From sequence record JAHBMJ010000146.1: a stretch of 32,000 nt of DNA. One strand, 5' to 3'. The notes beneath the pieces were generated by a model. The model saw nothing but the letters and a program-made list of their open reading frames with translations, made no database searches and was not told the DNA's origin. A program made the translations under genes and the position numbers. This document shows, one piece after another, positions 10,907 through 19,584 of the stretch. Every line of letters begins with the position of its first letter. Within the stretch, counting starts at the first letter, position 1.

Positions 10907-12046
10907 ATGTCGTCGCAGACCGTCCTGACCAATGCCAACATCGTGCTGGAGGACGATATCGTTCACGGCACGCTGGTCGTCGAGGACGGCATCATCGCCG
11001 AGATCGGCGAGGGCGTAAGCACGGCGGGCGAGGATGTGGGCGGCGACTACATCGTGCCCGGCCTGATCGAACTGCACACCGACCATCTCGAACAGCACTA
11101 TGCGCCGCGTCCGGGCGTGCGCTGGCCGCTGACCGCCGCGATCCAGGCGCACGATTCGCAGATCGCGGCATCGGGCATCACCACCGTGTTCGACTGTCTC
11201 CGGCTCGGATCGGACGAGGATGGCGGCTTCGAAAGGGGCGAGATGCGCGCCATGTCCGAAGCGATCCAGGAGGCGCAGGCCGAGGGACGCCTGCGCGCCG
11301 AGCATCGCATTCACCTGCGCTGCGAGGTGTCCGCGTCTGACGTGATGGACCATTTTTCCGCGTTCGAGGACGATCCCGGCGTCGGCCTGATCTCGCTGAT
11401 GGATCACGCGCCGGGCCAGCGCCAGTTCCAGACGCTCGACCAGTACGAACTCTACTACAAGACCAAGCGCGGCCTCTCCGACGAGGAATTCCGCGCCTTC
11501 GTCGAACGTCGGCAGATGCAGTCGTCGATCTATGCGCAAAAGCACCGCGAGGCACTGGCGGCGATCTGCGCTGCCCGTGGTATCGCCATCGCCAGCCATG
11601 ACGACGCCACGCTCGACCATGTCGCCGAGGCGCAGCAGTTCAACGTCTCGGTCGCCGAGTTTCCGACCACGATGGAGGCCGCGCGCGCCAGCCACGAGGC
11701 CGGCATGGGCGTTCTGATGGGCGCGCCCAACGTGGTGCGCGGCAAGTCGCATTCGGGCAACATCGCCGCGCGCACGCTGGCCCAGGAGGGCGTGCTCGAC
11801 GTGCTCTCGTCGGACTATGTGCCGTTCTCGCTGATCTACGCGCCGTTCGTGCTCGCCGACGAGATCGACCACATCTCCCTGCCGCAGGCGATCGCCATGG
11901 TCACCGCCAACCCGGCCCGGCAGGTGGGCCTGACCGATCGCGGCGCGCTCAAGCCGGGCCTGCGGGCGGATATGGTCCGCGTCGGCCGGCAGGACGGCAT
12001 TCCGGTCGTCCGGCAGGTCTGGCGCGAGGGCCAGCGGGTCGCCTGA
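10907..12046 (+). CDS. phnM: Alpha-D-ribose 1-methylphosphonate 5-triphosphate diphosphatase PhnM
   Basis: 379 aa. It aligns by eye along its length with E. coli PhnM as recalled: PGLIELHTDHLE, AEHRIHLRCEV, SLMDHAPGQRQF, ASHDDAT...VAEFPTT, GAPNVVRGKSHSGN, LSSDY. Confidence 0.9.
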   Translation: MSSQTVLTNANIVLEDDIVHGTLVVEDGIIAEIGEGVSTAGEDVGGDYIVPGLIELHTDHLEQHYAPRPGVRWPLTAAIQAHDSQIAASGITTVFDCLRLGSDEDGGFERGEMRAMSEAIQEAQAEGRLRAEHRIHLRCEVSASDVMDHFSAFEDDPGVGLISLMDHAPGQRQFQTLDQYELYYKTKRGLSDEEFRAFVERRQMQSSIYAQKHREALAAICAARGIAIASHDDATLDHVAEAQQFNVSVAEFPTTMEAARASHEAGMGVLMGAPNVVRGKSHSGNIAARTLAQEGVLDVLSSDYVPFSLIYAPFVLADEIDHISLPQAIAMVTANPARQVGLTDRGALKPGLRADMVRVGRQDGIPVVRQVWREGQRVA

Positions 12047-12642
12047 TGTCGGCGGCCAGGGCGTCCGGCGTTCTCTTCGCGGTGGTCGGCCCCAGCGGCG
12101 CCGGCAAGGACAGCGTGATCGGGTTCGCCCGGCACGTTCTGGCGGACGATCCCCGGGTGATGTTCGTCCGGCGCGTGATCAGCCGGCCCGCCCACGGTGC
12201 GAGCGAGGATCATGAACCGGTGTCGGTTGCCGAGTTCGAGCGCCGCGCGGCGTCCGGCGCGTTCGCCGTGACATGGCAGGCGCACGGGCTTCACTACGGG
12301 CTGCCGGCCACGTCGCTGCGCCATGTCGCGGCGGGCGGGATCGCCGTCGCCAACGGCTCGCGGCAGGCGCTCGATGCTGTTTTCGAGACCTATCCGGACG
12401 TTCAGGTGGTCGAGGTGGTCGCCGCCCCGGAAATCATCGCCGGCCGGCTGGCCGCGCGCGGCCGCGAGAGCGGCGACGAGATCGTCGCCCGGCTGAAGCG
12501 ATCCGTTGCCGCCTATCGTGGTGCGGAACGGGCCGTGACGATCGACAACAGCGGCGCGCTCGATGCGGCCGGCGATGCTTTCGTCCGGCTGATCCGCGAG
12601 CGGCTCGCCTGCCATCCTTCGGCCTTGACGAAATCGGGCTGA
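12046..12642 (+). CDS. phnN: Ribose 1,5-bisphosphate phosphokinase PhnN
   Basis: 198 aa with the P-loop VVGPSGAGKDS and PhnN-like blocks (WQAHGLHYGLP, ANGSRQAL, RLAARGRESGDEIVARL). Its start overlaps the phnM stop by 1 nt (TGATG). Confidence 0.87.
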   Translation: MSAARASGVLFAVVGPSGAGKDSVIGFARHVLADDPRVMFVRRVISRPAHGASEDHEPVSVAEFERRAASGAFAVTWQAHGLHYGLPATSLRHVAAGGIAVANGSRQALDAVFETYPDVQVVEVVAAPEIIAGRLAARGRESGDEIVARLKRSVAAYRGAERAVTIDNSGALDAAGDAFVRLIRERLACHPSALTKSG

Positions 12643-12685
12643 GCGCACACACCGCCGACAGGGCCGAGCGACAGGGAGAGGCGCA

Positions 12686-14323
12686 ATGGCGCGGACGGGC
12701 GGGCAATTGGTGGTCGACGCGCTGGTCGCCGACGGGGTCACGCAGGCGTTCTGCGTGCCCGGCGAGAGCTTTCTTCCGATCCTCGATGCGCTGCACGATA
12801 CGCCTTCGATCCGGCTGACGGTCGCCCGTCAGGAAGGCGGCGCGGCGATGATGGCCGACGCTCATGCCAAGCTGACCGGTCGACCCGGCATCTGCCTTGT
12901 CACGCGCGGGCCGGGCGCGGCCAACGCCTATGCCGGCGTGCATGTGGCCGCCCAGGATTCGACGCCGATGATCGTACTGGTCGGCCAGATCGCGACGGGC
13001 GACATGGATCGCGAGGCTTTCCAGGAGATCGACGTCAAGGCGATGTTCGGCGACCAGGTCAAATGGGCCGCGCAGGTCAACGAGACCGGGCGCCTGCCCG
13101 AATATCTGGCGCGCGCCTTCTCGCTGGCGCAGTCCGGCCGCCCCGGTCCGGTCGTTCTGGCGCTGCCCGAAGACGTGCTGAGCGGCACGGCGGAGACGGT
13201 GGCCGCGCCGGCGTCCGCGCCCGTCCAGGCGCATCCGTCACCCGCCGGGATGGACCGGTTCGGCGCCATGCTGCGGGCGGCCGAGCGGCCGCTTCTCATC
13301 GCCGGCGGGCCGGGCTGGGATGCCGGTCTCGTCGACCGGTTCGTCGCCTTCGCCGAGCGCTGGGCGCTGCCGGTCTCTTGCGCGTTCCGGGCCCAGGACC
13401 GGTTCCCGAACACCCATCGGAACTATGCCGGCGACGCCGGCCTCGGCATCAATCCGGCCCTTGCCGAACGGATCGGCCGATCCGATCTGGTGATCGCGCT
13501 CGGCGCCCGGCTCGGCGATTGCACGACCTCGGGCTACACGCTGTTCGACAGCCCGGTGCCGAAGCAGCCGCTCGTCCACATCCATCCCGAACCGGACGAA
13601 CTCGGCCATGTCTATCGGCCGACGCTGCCGATCGCCGCGAGCGTCGGCGCGTTCATCGAAGCGGCTGGGACGCTCGATGCGCCGGCCGATCCGGTCTGGG
13701 CGGACTGGACGAAGCAAGCGAACGCCGCCTATCGCGCCTGGAGCGACGCGGCGACGCCGATGCCCGGCGCGGTCAACTGGGGTGAAGCGGTGATCTGGCT
13801 GCGCGAGAACCTGCCCGCCGACGCGATCCTGACGAACGGGGCGGGCAACTATGCCGCCTGGCTGCACCGCTTCTATCGGCACCGGGCCTACCGGACGCAA
13901 CTGGCGCCGACCTCCGGCTCGATGGGATACGGCCTGCCGGCCGCGATCGCCGCCAAGCTGGCCGCGCCTGACCGGACGGTGATCGCGCTTGCCGGTGATG
14001 GCTGCCTGCAGATGACGGTGCAGGAACTGGGCACGCTGGCCGAGGCGGACCTCGCCATCATCGTGCTGGTCGTCAACAATTCCATGTACGGCACCATCCG
14101 CATGCATCAGGAGATGCACTATCCGGGCCGGGTCTCCGGCACGTCGCTGGTCAATCCGGACTTCGTCGCGCTGGTAAGGGCCTATGGGCTCAAGGGCGAG
14201 CGCGTGGAGACGACCGGGCAGTTCGGGCCGGCCATGCAGCGCGCGCTTGCAGCCGACAAGGCCACGCTGATCGAGATCGTCACCGATCCGCGCGCGCTCA
14301 GCCCGACACGGGTGATGGAGTAG
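12686..14323 (+). CDS. Thiamine-pyrophosphate-dependent enzyme (acetolactate synthase large-subunit-like)
   Basis: 545 aa. It has an N-terminal TPP pyrimidine-binding fold (GGQLVVDALVADGVTQAFCVPGESFLPILDAL) and the C-terminal TPP motif GDGCLQM...VVNNSMYGTI. A GGGAGAGG ribosome-binding site lies upstream. Substrate specificity cannot be called. Confidence 0.85.
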   Translation: MARTGGQLVVDALVADGVTQAFCVPGESFLPILDALHDTPSIRLTVARQEGGAAMMADAHAKLTGRPGICLVTRGPGAANAYAGVHVAAQDSTPMIVLVGQIATGDMDREAFQEIDVKAMFGDQVKWAAQVNETGRLPEYLARAFSLAQSGRPGPVVLALPEDVLSGTAETVAAPASAPVQAHPSPAGMDRFGAMLRAAERPLLIAGGPGWDAGLVDRFVAFAERWALPVSCAFRAQDRFPNTHRNYAGDAGLGINPALAERIGRSDLVIALGARLGDCTTSGYTLFDSPVPKQPLVHIHPEPDELGHVYRPTLPIAASVGAFIEAAGTLDAPADPVWADWTKQANAAYRAWSDAATPMPGAVNWGEAVIWLRENLPADAILTNGAGNYAAWLHRFYRHRAYRTQLAPTSGSMGYGLPAAIAAKLAAPDRTVIALAGDGCLQMTVQELGTLAEADLAIIVLVVNNSMYGTIRMHQEMHYPGRVSGTSLVNPDFVALVRAYGLKGERVETTGQFGPAMQRALAADKATLIEIVTDPRALSPTRVME

Positions 14324-14461
14324 AGCGCGAGCGCCGATCGACGATCACGCAAAGGCGCGGAGCGCGCGGCTCGACGAAGATCAAGGGCGTGGAGGTGAGA
14401 TGGGAAACCTCGAACCGTAACCTGAGCGCCGGGTTGGCCGGCGACGGCGCGCGTCCGGAAA

Positions 14462-14537
<76 letters not shown>

Positions 14538-14654
14538 TAAAAGGATGGTCCGCCTCGAGGTGGCGCGGACCGGCGCTCGATACAATCTCGAGGCGCCCTA
14601 ATCAAGGCCTTTATCGCGGTCGGCGGGGGGGCCGGCCGCGGTCAGGCCCGAGCG

Positions 14655-15074
14655 TCAATCATCGTCATCGTCGTTGATGTCGACGATGCCGCTGACGTCG
14701 TCGTCATCATCGTCGTCATCGTCGGGAAGGAAGGTGTCGTCGTCGGACTCGTCCTCGTCGAGCACCTCGTCATCCTCGCTCTCGTCGAGATCGGGCAGCT
14801 TCTCGGAGGCCGGCGCGGTCTCCTCGTCGGCTTCCTCGAGCGACAGCACTTCGGGGCCCTCGGTCTCCGCATCGTCCTCGGTTTCCTTTTCGGTCGTCGC
14901 CGCTTCGGTCTCTTCGGCCTTCTCCTCGATCGGGTCCGAGCCGGGGTCTTCGAAGAAGGACAGCGGATAGCTCTTGCCCGTATAGGGCGAGACGATCGGG
15001 TCCTTGTTCAGATCGTAGAATTTGCGTCCCGTTTCCGGGCAAACGCGCTTGGTTCCAAGTTCTGGTTTCGCCAC
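14655..15074 (-). CDS. TIGR02300 (FYDLN_acid) family protein with a poly-acidic tail
   Basis: 139 aa from the GTG at 15074, with GAAGGGG about 8 nt upstream. The N-terminus VAKPELGTKRVCPETGRKFYDLNKDPIVSPYTGKSYP contains the family-defining FYDLN motif. The C-terminal two thirds are E/D-rich and end in runs of Asp. The longer ORF reaching 15239 is not supported. Confidence 0.8.
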   Translation of the reverse strand: MAKPELGTKRVCPETGRKFYDLNKDPIVSPYTGKSYPLSFFEDPGSDPIEEKAEETEAATTEKETEDDAETEGPEVLSLEEADEETAPASEKLPDLDESEDDEVLDEDESDDDTFLPDDDDDDDDDVSGIVDINDDDDD

Positions 15075-15312
15075 GGCCGGGCCCCTTCGAGTCGTCGTCA
15101 AGAATCGTGGATTGCGCAGGAAGTCGATGCGCGCCTGTATGGTCAGGCCTTTCAGGGTGGACCGGTGCATAACGGCAAGCGACCACACTGTCAAAGCCAA
15201 TTCGTGACGCCAATTGGGGCCATTTCGCCAAGGCTTCAACCCCTGCGCACCGGGCTTTTGCGGCCCGTGGTTTGACGCGCCGCCCCCGCTGGCCTATGCG
15301 CGGCCGACCGCC

Positions 15313-15966
15313 ATGCGCCAGCCCAAGATGACCGCATCCGACAACCATCTCGATATCGTCCTTGCCGGCCTCGCCGCCGGCCGCACCCTGCTGCAGTCGT
15401 CCCGGTCCGGCGATCGTCCGCTGCTCGAGGCGATGGCGGCGCTCGGCGCCCGGATCGAACGGACGGACGCGGGCATCGCGGTGACCGGCGCCGGCAATGG
15501 CTGTCTGCTCGAGCCGGTGACGACGCTTGCTCTTGAAGATGCCGATGCCGCGCTTCTGGTGGCGGGCCTTGTCGCGCCCTATGACATGGCCTCGCGCATC
15601 GCCTGCCGGTCGGCCCTGCCGGACGCCGAACGTGACGCGCTTCTTGCCGCGACCGCCGCGATGGGCATTCAGGCCAGCGCACCGGACGCCGAGACCATCG
15701 TGCTCGCCGGCCAGGCCTCGGCGGTGCCGGCGCGCCATGCCTGTGCGAGCTGGAGCGAGACGGTGCTGCGGGCAATCGCGCTTGCGGCGCTGAACACGCC
15801 GGGGATCACGCGGCTCGAAGGCGAGGGCGCAGCGCCGACCGGGCTCGCCCGGCGCCTCGGTGCCTTCGGCGCGCAATGCCGGATCGACGACTGCGACGGC
15901 GGCTGGTCGCTCGCCGTGACCGGCCAGTGCGTGCTGCGTGCCGCCGAAGCGGAGAGCGCGTCATGA
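15313..15966 (+). CDS. Half-length EPSP synthase (AroA)-like protein; possible pseudoenzyme or gene remnant
   Basis: 217 aa from the ATG at 15313. The ORF is open from 15214, and another ATG lies at 15328. It aligns by eye with about residues 25-235 of class II AroA: [29 protein letters not shown] against [29 protein letters not shown], and [15 protein letters not shown] against LLAGLNTPGITTV. The N-terminal GDKSxSHR motif and the whole C-terminal half are missing. The stop overlaps the cmk start (ATGA). Confidence 0.6.
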   Translation: MRQPKMTASDNHLDIVLAGLAAGRTLLQSSRSGDRPLLEAMAALGARIERTDAGIAVTGAGNGCLLEPVTTLALEDADAALLVAGLVAPYDMASRIACRSALPDAERDALLAATAAMGIQASAPDAETIVLAGQASAVPARHACASWSETVLRAIALAALNTPGITRLEGEGAAPTGLARRLGAFGAQCRIDDCDGGWSLAVTGQCVLRAAEAESAS

Positions 15967-16598
15967 TGCCGGTGATCGCGATCGACGGTCCCGCCGCCTC
16001 GGGCAAGGGCACGCTCGCCCGGCGGATCGCCGCCCATTACGGGTTGCGGCATCTCGATACGGGGCTGACCTATCGGGCGGTCGCGCATGCGCTGCTGGCG
16101 GCCGATGCGCCGCTCGACGACGAGGCGCGTGCGATCGAGGCCGCCGAAACGCTCGACCTTGCCGCGATGGATCGCACGATCCTCGCCGATCACGGCGTCG
16201 GCGAGGCGGCTTCCCGCATCGCGGTCATGCCCGGCGTGCGGCGGGCGCTGGTCGCCCGCCAGCGCGCCTTTGCCGCGACACCGCCGGGCGCGGTGCTGGA
16301 CGGCCGCGACATCGGCACGGTCGTCTGCCCGGACGCGCCGGTGAAGCTCTACGTCACCGCCGGCGCGCCCGAACGGGCCAGACGCCGCTATCACGAGATC
16401 CTGGCAGGCGGCGGCGAGGCGGACGAGGCGGCGATCCTCGCCGACATCGAGCGGCGCGACGCGCGCGACATGGGACGCTCGGACTCGCCGCTGCGGCCGG
16501 CGAACGACGCGCACTTGCTTGACACCTCCGATATGACTATAGAAGCGGCGTTCCAGGCCGCCCGCGCGATCATAGACCGGGCGCTGGACCGTATTTGA
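15963..16598 (+). CDS. cmk: Cytidylate kinase
   Basis: 211 aa from the ATG at 15963. Motifs include the P-loop [21 protein letters not shown] and [20 protein letters not shown]. It occupies the conserved position upstream of rpsA. Confidence 0.95.
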   Translation: MMPVIAIDGPAASGKGTLARRIAAHYGLRHLDTGLTYRAVAHALLAADAPLDDEARAIEAAETLDLAAMDRTILADHGVGEAASRIAVMPGVRRALVARQRAFAATPPGAVLDGRDIGTVVCPDAPVKLYVTAGAPERARRRYHEILAGGGEADEAAILADIERRDARDMGRSDSPLRPANDAHLLDTSDMTIEAAFQAARAIIDRALDRI

Positions 16599-16728
16599 AC
16601 CCGTCAGCGACGACCCCGCGCCGGACGGCCCGCTTGGGCCCGGATCGACCGTTGGCAGAGAAAACCCGAACCCCGGCGCCCGCGCGTGACGCGATCCGAG
16701 CAGCATCGCCCGCGCACCAGGAGCATCA

Positions 16729-18435
16729 ATGTCAGAACTGAACCCCACGCGGGAGGACTTCGCCAGCCTCCTCGAATCCTCGTTTGCCAGCCAGGATGCG
16801 GCCGAGGGACGTGTCGTCGAAGGCACGATCACGGCCATCGAGAAGGACATGGCCATCGTCGATGTCGGCCTTAAGGTCGAAGGGCGCATCGCACTCAAGG
16901 AATTCGGAGCGAAAGCCAAGGACGGCACGCTCAATGTCGGCGACACGGTCGAGGTCTATGTCGAGCGCGTCGAGAACGCGCTGGGCGAAGCCGTCCTGTC
17001 GCGCGACAAGGCCCGGCGCGAGGAAGCCTGGGTCAAGCTCGAAGCCAAGTTCAACAATGGCGAACGGGTCGAAGGCCACATCTTCAACCAGGTCAAGGGC
17101 GGCTTCACCGTCGATCTGGACGGCGCCGTGGCGTTCCTGCCGCGCTCGCAGGTCGACATCCGCCCGATCCGCGACGTCACGCCGCTGATGCACACGCCGC
17201 AGCCGTTCGAGATCCTGAAGATGGACAAGCGCCGCGGCAACATCGTCGTGTCGCGCCGCACCGTGCTCGAGGAAAGCCGCGCCGAACAGCGCTCGGAGAT
17301 CGTCCAGAACCTCGAAGAGGGCCAGGTCGTCGAGGGCGTGGTCAAGAACATCACCGACTATGGCGCGTTCGTGGACCTTGGCGGCATCGACGGGCTGCTG
17401 CACGTCACCGACATGGCATGGCGCCGGGTGAACCATCCGACCGAGATCCTGCAGATCGGCCAGACCGTGAAGGTGCAGATCATCCGCATCAACCAGGAGA
17501 CGCACCGCATCTCGCTGGGCATGAAACAGCTCGAGGCCGACCCCTGGGAAGGCATCGGTACGAAGTATCCGATGGGCGTGAAGATCACCGGCCGGGTCAC
17601 CAACATCACCGACTATGGCGCGTTCGTCGAGGTCGAGCCGGGCATCGAGGGTCTGATCCACGTCTCCGAAATGTCTTGGACCAAGAAGAACGTTCATCCG
17701 GGCAAGATCCTGTCGACCAGCCAGGAAGTCGAGGTGGTCGTGCTCGAGGTCGATCCGGACAAGCGCCGCATCTCGCTCGGCCTCAAGCAGACGCTCAACA
17801 ACCCCTGGGAAGAGTTCGCGCAGAACCATCCGGTCGGCGACGTCGTCGAGGGCGAGGTCAAGAACAAGACCGAGTTCGGCCTGTTCATCGGCCTTGATGG
17901 CGATGTCGACGGCATGGTCCACCTGTCTGATCTCGACTGGAACCGTTCCGGCGAGGACGCCATCGAGGACTATCACAAGGGCGACACGGTCAAGGCCGTG
18001 GTGCTCGACGTCGATGTCGACAAGGAGCGCATCTCGCTGGGCATCAAGCAGCTGACCAAGGATGCGATCGCCGATGCGGCCGCTTCGGGCACGCTGCGCA
18101 AGGGCGCCGTCGTCACCTGCGAAGTGACCGGCATCACCGACGGCGGTATCGAGGTCAAGCTGGTCGATCACGATCTGGACAGCTTCATCCGCCGGTCGGA
18201 CCTGTCGCGCGACCGCGACGAGCAGCGCCCCGAGCGCTTCTCGGTGGGCCAGCGTCTGGACGCCCGCGTCACCCAGTTCAACAAGAAGGACCGCCGGGTT
18301 TCGGTCTCCATCAAGGCGCTGGAAATCGCCGAGGAGAAGGAAGCGGTGGCGCAGTTCGGCTCGACCGACTCGGGCGCCTCGCTCGGCGACATTCTGGGCG
18401 CCGCGCTCAAGAAGCAGGACGAAGGCGACAATTAA
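16729..18435 (+). CDS. rpsA: 30S ribosomal protein S1
   Basis: 568 aa with six S1-domain repeats (recurrent G.V..I..YGAFV.L..GIEGL.H.S motifs). An AGGAG ribosome-binding site lies upstream. Confidence 0.99.
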   Translation: MSELNPTREDFASLLESSFASQDAAEGRVVEGTITAIEKDMAIVDVGLKVEGRIALKEFGAKAKDGTLNVGDTVEVYVERVENALGEAVLSRDKARREEAWVKLEAKFNNGERVEGHIFNQVKGGFTVDLDGAVAFLPRSQVDIRPIRDVTPLMHTPQPFEILKMDKRRGNIVVSRRTVLEESRAEQRSEIVQNLEEGQVVEGVVKNITDYGAFVDLGGIDGLLHVTDMAWRRVNHPTEILQIGQTVKVQIIRINQETHRISLGMKQLEADPWEGIGTKYPMGVKITGRVTNITDYGAFVEVEPGIEGLIHVSEMSWTKKNVHPGKILSTSQEVEVVVLEVDPDKRRISLGLKQTLNNPWEEFAQNHPVGDVVEGEVKNKTEFGLFIGLDGDVDGMVHLSDLDWNRSGEDAIEDYHKGDTVKAVVLDVDVDKERISLGIKQLTKDAIADAAASGTLRKGAVVTCEVTGITDGGIEVKLVDHDLDSFIRRSDLSRDRDEQRPERFSVGQRLDARVTQFNKKDRRVSVSIKALEIAEEKEAVAQFGSTDSGASLGDILGAALKKQDEGDN

Positions 18436-18464
18436 GCCGCCCCGTCCCACCACCATCCTCAGAG

Positions 18465-18495
18465 CCCGCCGGTCGCCCGACCGGCGGGTTTTTTT
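18465..18495 (+). terminator. Rho-independent terminator after rpsA
   Basis: Stem CCCGCCGGTC (18465-18474) / GACCGGCGGG (18479-18488) with the 4-nt loop GCCC, followed by seven T residues (18489-18495). Confidence 0.9.
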
Positions 18496-18557
18496 CGGCC
18501 TCGACAGAGCCGGCCCGGCTGCTATTTCTCGACGGGTCGGAACGAACGGGGAGCGCC

Positions 18558-18887
18558 ATGCTCAAGGCGCCGCAACTGCGCAAGCTGGCCAATGGCGAGG
18601 CGACGATCGACGCGTTCGCCTACGAGGCGGCCCAGGAGACGGCCGCAGCGCTCGGCCGCGCCGGCAAGAAGCTGGAGGCCGCGCTCGCCGCGCTCGAGCG
18701 GCACGACGCCACGCCCGGCGCCAACCGCGACCGGACCGAGCTGGTGCAGGAGGCGGCCGATTGCGCGTGGGCGCTGTTCATCCAGCGGGACTTTCTGGGC
18801 CTGAAGTCCGACCATCACCTGACGCGGACCTATCGCATCCCCGACGAGGTGATGCGCCGCGTCGGCATCGTCAAAAGGCGGGATTAG
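18558..18887 (+). CDS. Hypothetical protein (small, helical, soluble)
   Basis: 109-aa ORF with a GGGGAG ribosome-binding site 6 nt upstream of the ATG and codon usage like the surrounding genome. I recognise no motif. Confidence 0.55.
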   Translation: MLKAPQLRKLANGEATIDAFAYEAAQETAAALGRAGKKLEAALAALERHDATPGANRDRTELVQEAADCAWALFIQRDFLGLKSDHHLTRTYRIPDEVMRRVGIVKRRD

Positions 18888-19573
18888 GCGACAAGCGCGC
18901 CAGTATTTTCCGAAAGCCAGTCGGCGAGTTCGGCATGGCTGGCGACGACCATGTCCGCGCCGGCATCGCGCAGTTGCGCGCCCGACTTGTCGGACCAGTG
19001 GCCCCCGCCGGTGAAGCCGATGACGAACTGTCCGGCCGCCCTGGCCCCGCGCACGCCGTTGGCGCTGTCCTCGACCGTGATGCAGTCGCCCGGCGAAGAC
19101 CCCATCCTGCGGGCGGCCAGTTCGAAAAGGTCCGGCGAAGGCTTGCCGTTTTCGACCATGTCGCCCGAGAAGACGTTTTCGCCGAAGAAGCGGTCCAGCC
19201 CGGCGCGCTCGAGCTTGAGCGGCAGGAACGGCATCTGCGTCGACGAGGCGACGCAGCGCGGCGCGGTCATGCGCCGAAGAAGCGCGTCGACCCCCTCGAT
19301 CGGCCGCACGTCCTCGATCACGCGGCGGCGCGACTCGCTCTTGAGCGCGACATAGTCGTCGTCGGTCAGCGGCGCGCCGGTCCTTTCGAGCAAGAGGTCC
19401 GACAATTGGCGGCGCCACTTGTCGGCCGCCAGCGCCATGAAGGCGCCGACATACCAGTCGCGGTCGACGCTGACCCCCTTGGCGGCCAGAAAGCCCAGTT
19501 CGACCTGCAGGTAGACCGCTTCGCTGTCGATGAGCACGCCATCGCAGTCGAAGATCATAAGCGGATTGTCCAT
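18884..19573 (-). CDS. HAD-superfamily hydrolase (subfamily IA, phosphatase or beta-phosphoglucomutase-like)
   Basis: 229 aa with HAD motif I FDCDGVLIDSE, motif II-like VASSTQ, and motifs III/IV K...VEDSANGVRGARAAG. Confidence 0.85.
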   Translation of the reverse strand: MDNPLMIFDCDGVLIDSEAVYLQVELGFLAAKGVSVDRDWYVGAFMALAADKWRRQLSDLLLERTGAPLTDDDYVALKSESRRRVIEDVRPIEGVDALLRRMTAPRCVASSTQMPFLPLKLERAGLDRFFGENVFSGDMVENGKPSPDLFELAARRMGSSPGDCITVEDSANGVRGARAAGQFVIGFTGGGHWSDKSGAQLRDAGADMVVASHAELADWLSENTGALVA

Positions 19574-19584
19574 CGAAGAACGCC

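Noticed and set aside
10880-11872. 330-aa minus-strand ORF opposite phnM. Similar shadow ORFs lie opposite phnN and the TPP enzyme (11836-12741, 12434-13234, 13238-14119), opposite the formamidase and GntR genes (20237-21433, 21103-22191, 21420-22163), and opposite the M20 and M42 genes (28053-29132, 29047-30321).
   Set aside because: All are antisense or alternate-frame ORFs over genes with clear family signatures. Their Arg/Ala/Gly/Pro-rich composition is typical of non-coding frames in high-GC DNA.
14600-14654. GC-rich imperfect inverted repeat (CGCGGTCGGC ... GCCGGCCGCG) downstream of the TIGR02300 gene as a terminator
   Set aside because: The stem has an internal mismatch, a C-rich loop and no U-tract on the transcribed strand. 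That is too weak to call.
15876-15962. Upstream extension of cmk (the 240-aa ORF from 15876) and the long N-terminal extensions of the SBP (to 27931), fused permease-ATPase (to 25211), msrB (to 4343), phoX (from 4368), RNase D-like (to 20286) and GntR (to 22169) ORFs
   Set aside because: The extensions are Arg/Pro-rich, lack ribosome-binding sites and overlap upstream genes. The internal starts have Shine-Dalgarno motifs or ATGA/TGATG coupling junctions, and they reproduce the expected family N-termini or signal peptides.
16732-18456. 574-aa minus-strand ORF opposite rpsA
   Set aside because: It is an in-register antisense shadow of ribosomal protein S1. rpsA is unambiguous, with six S1 repeats, a ribosome-binding site and a terminator.
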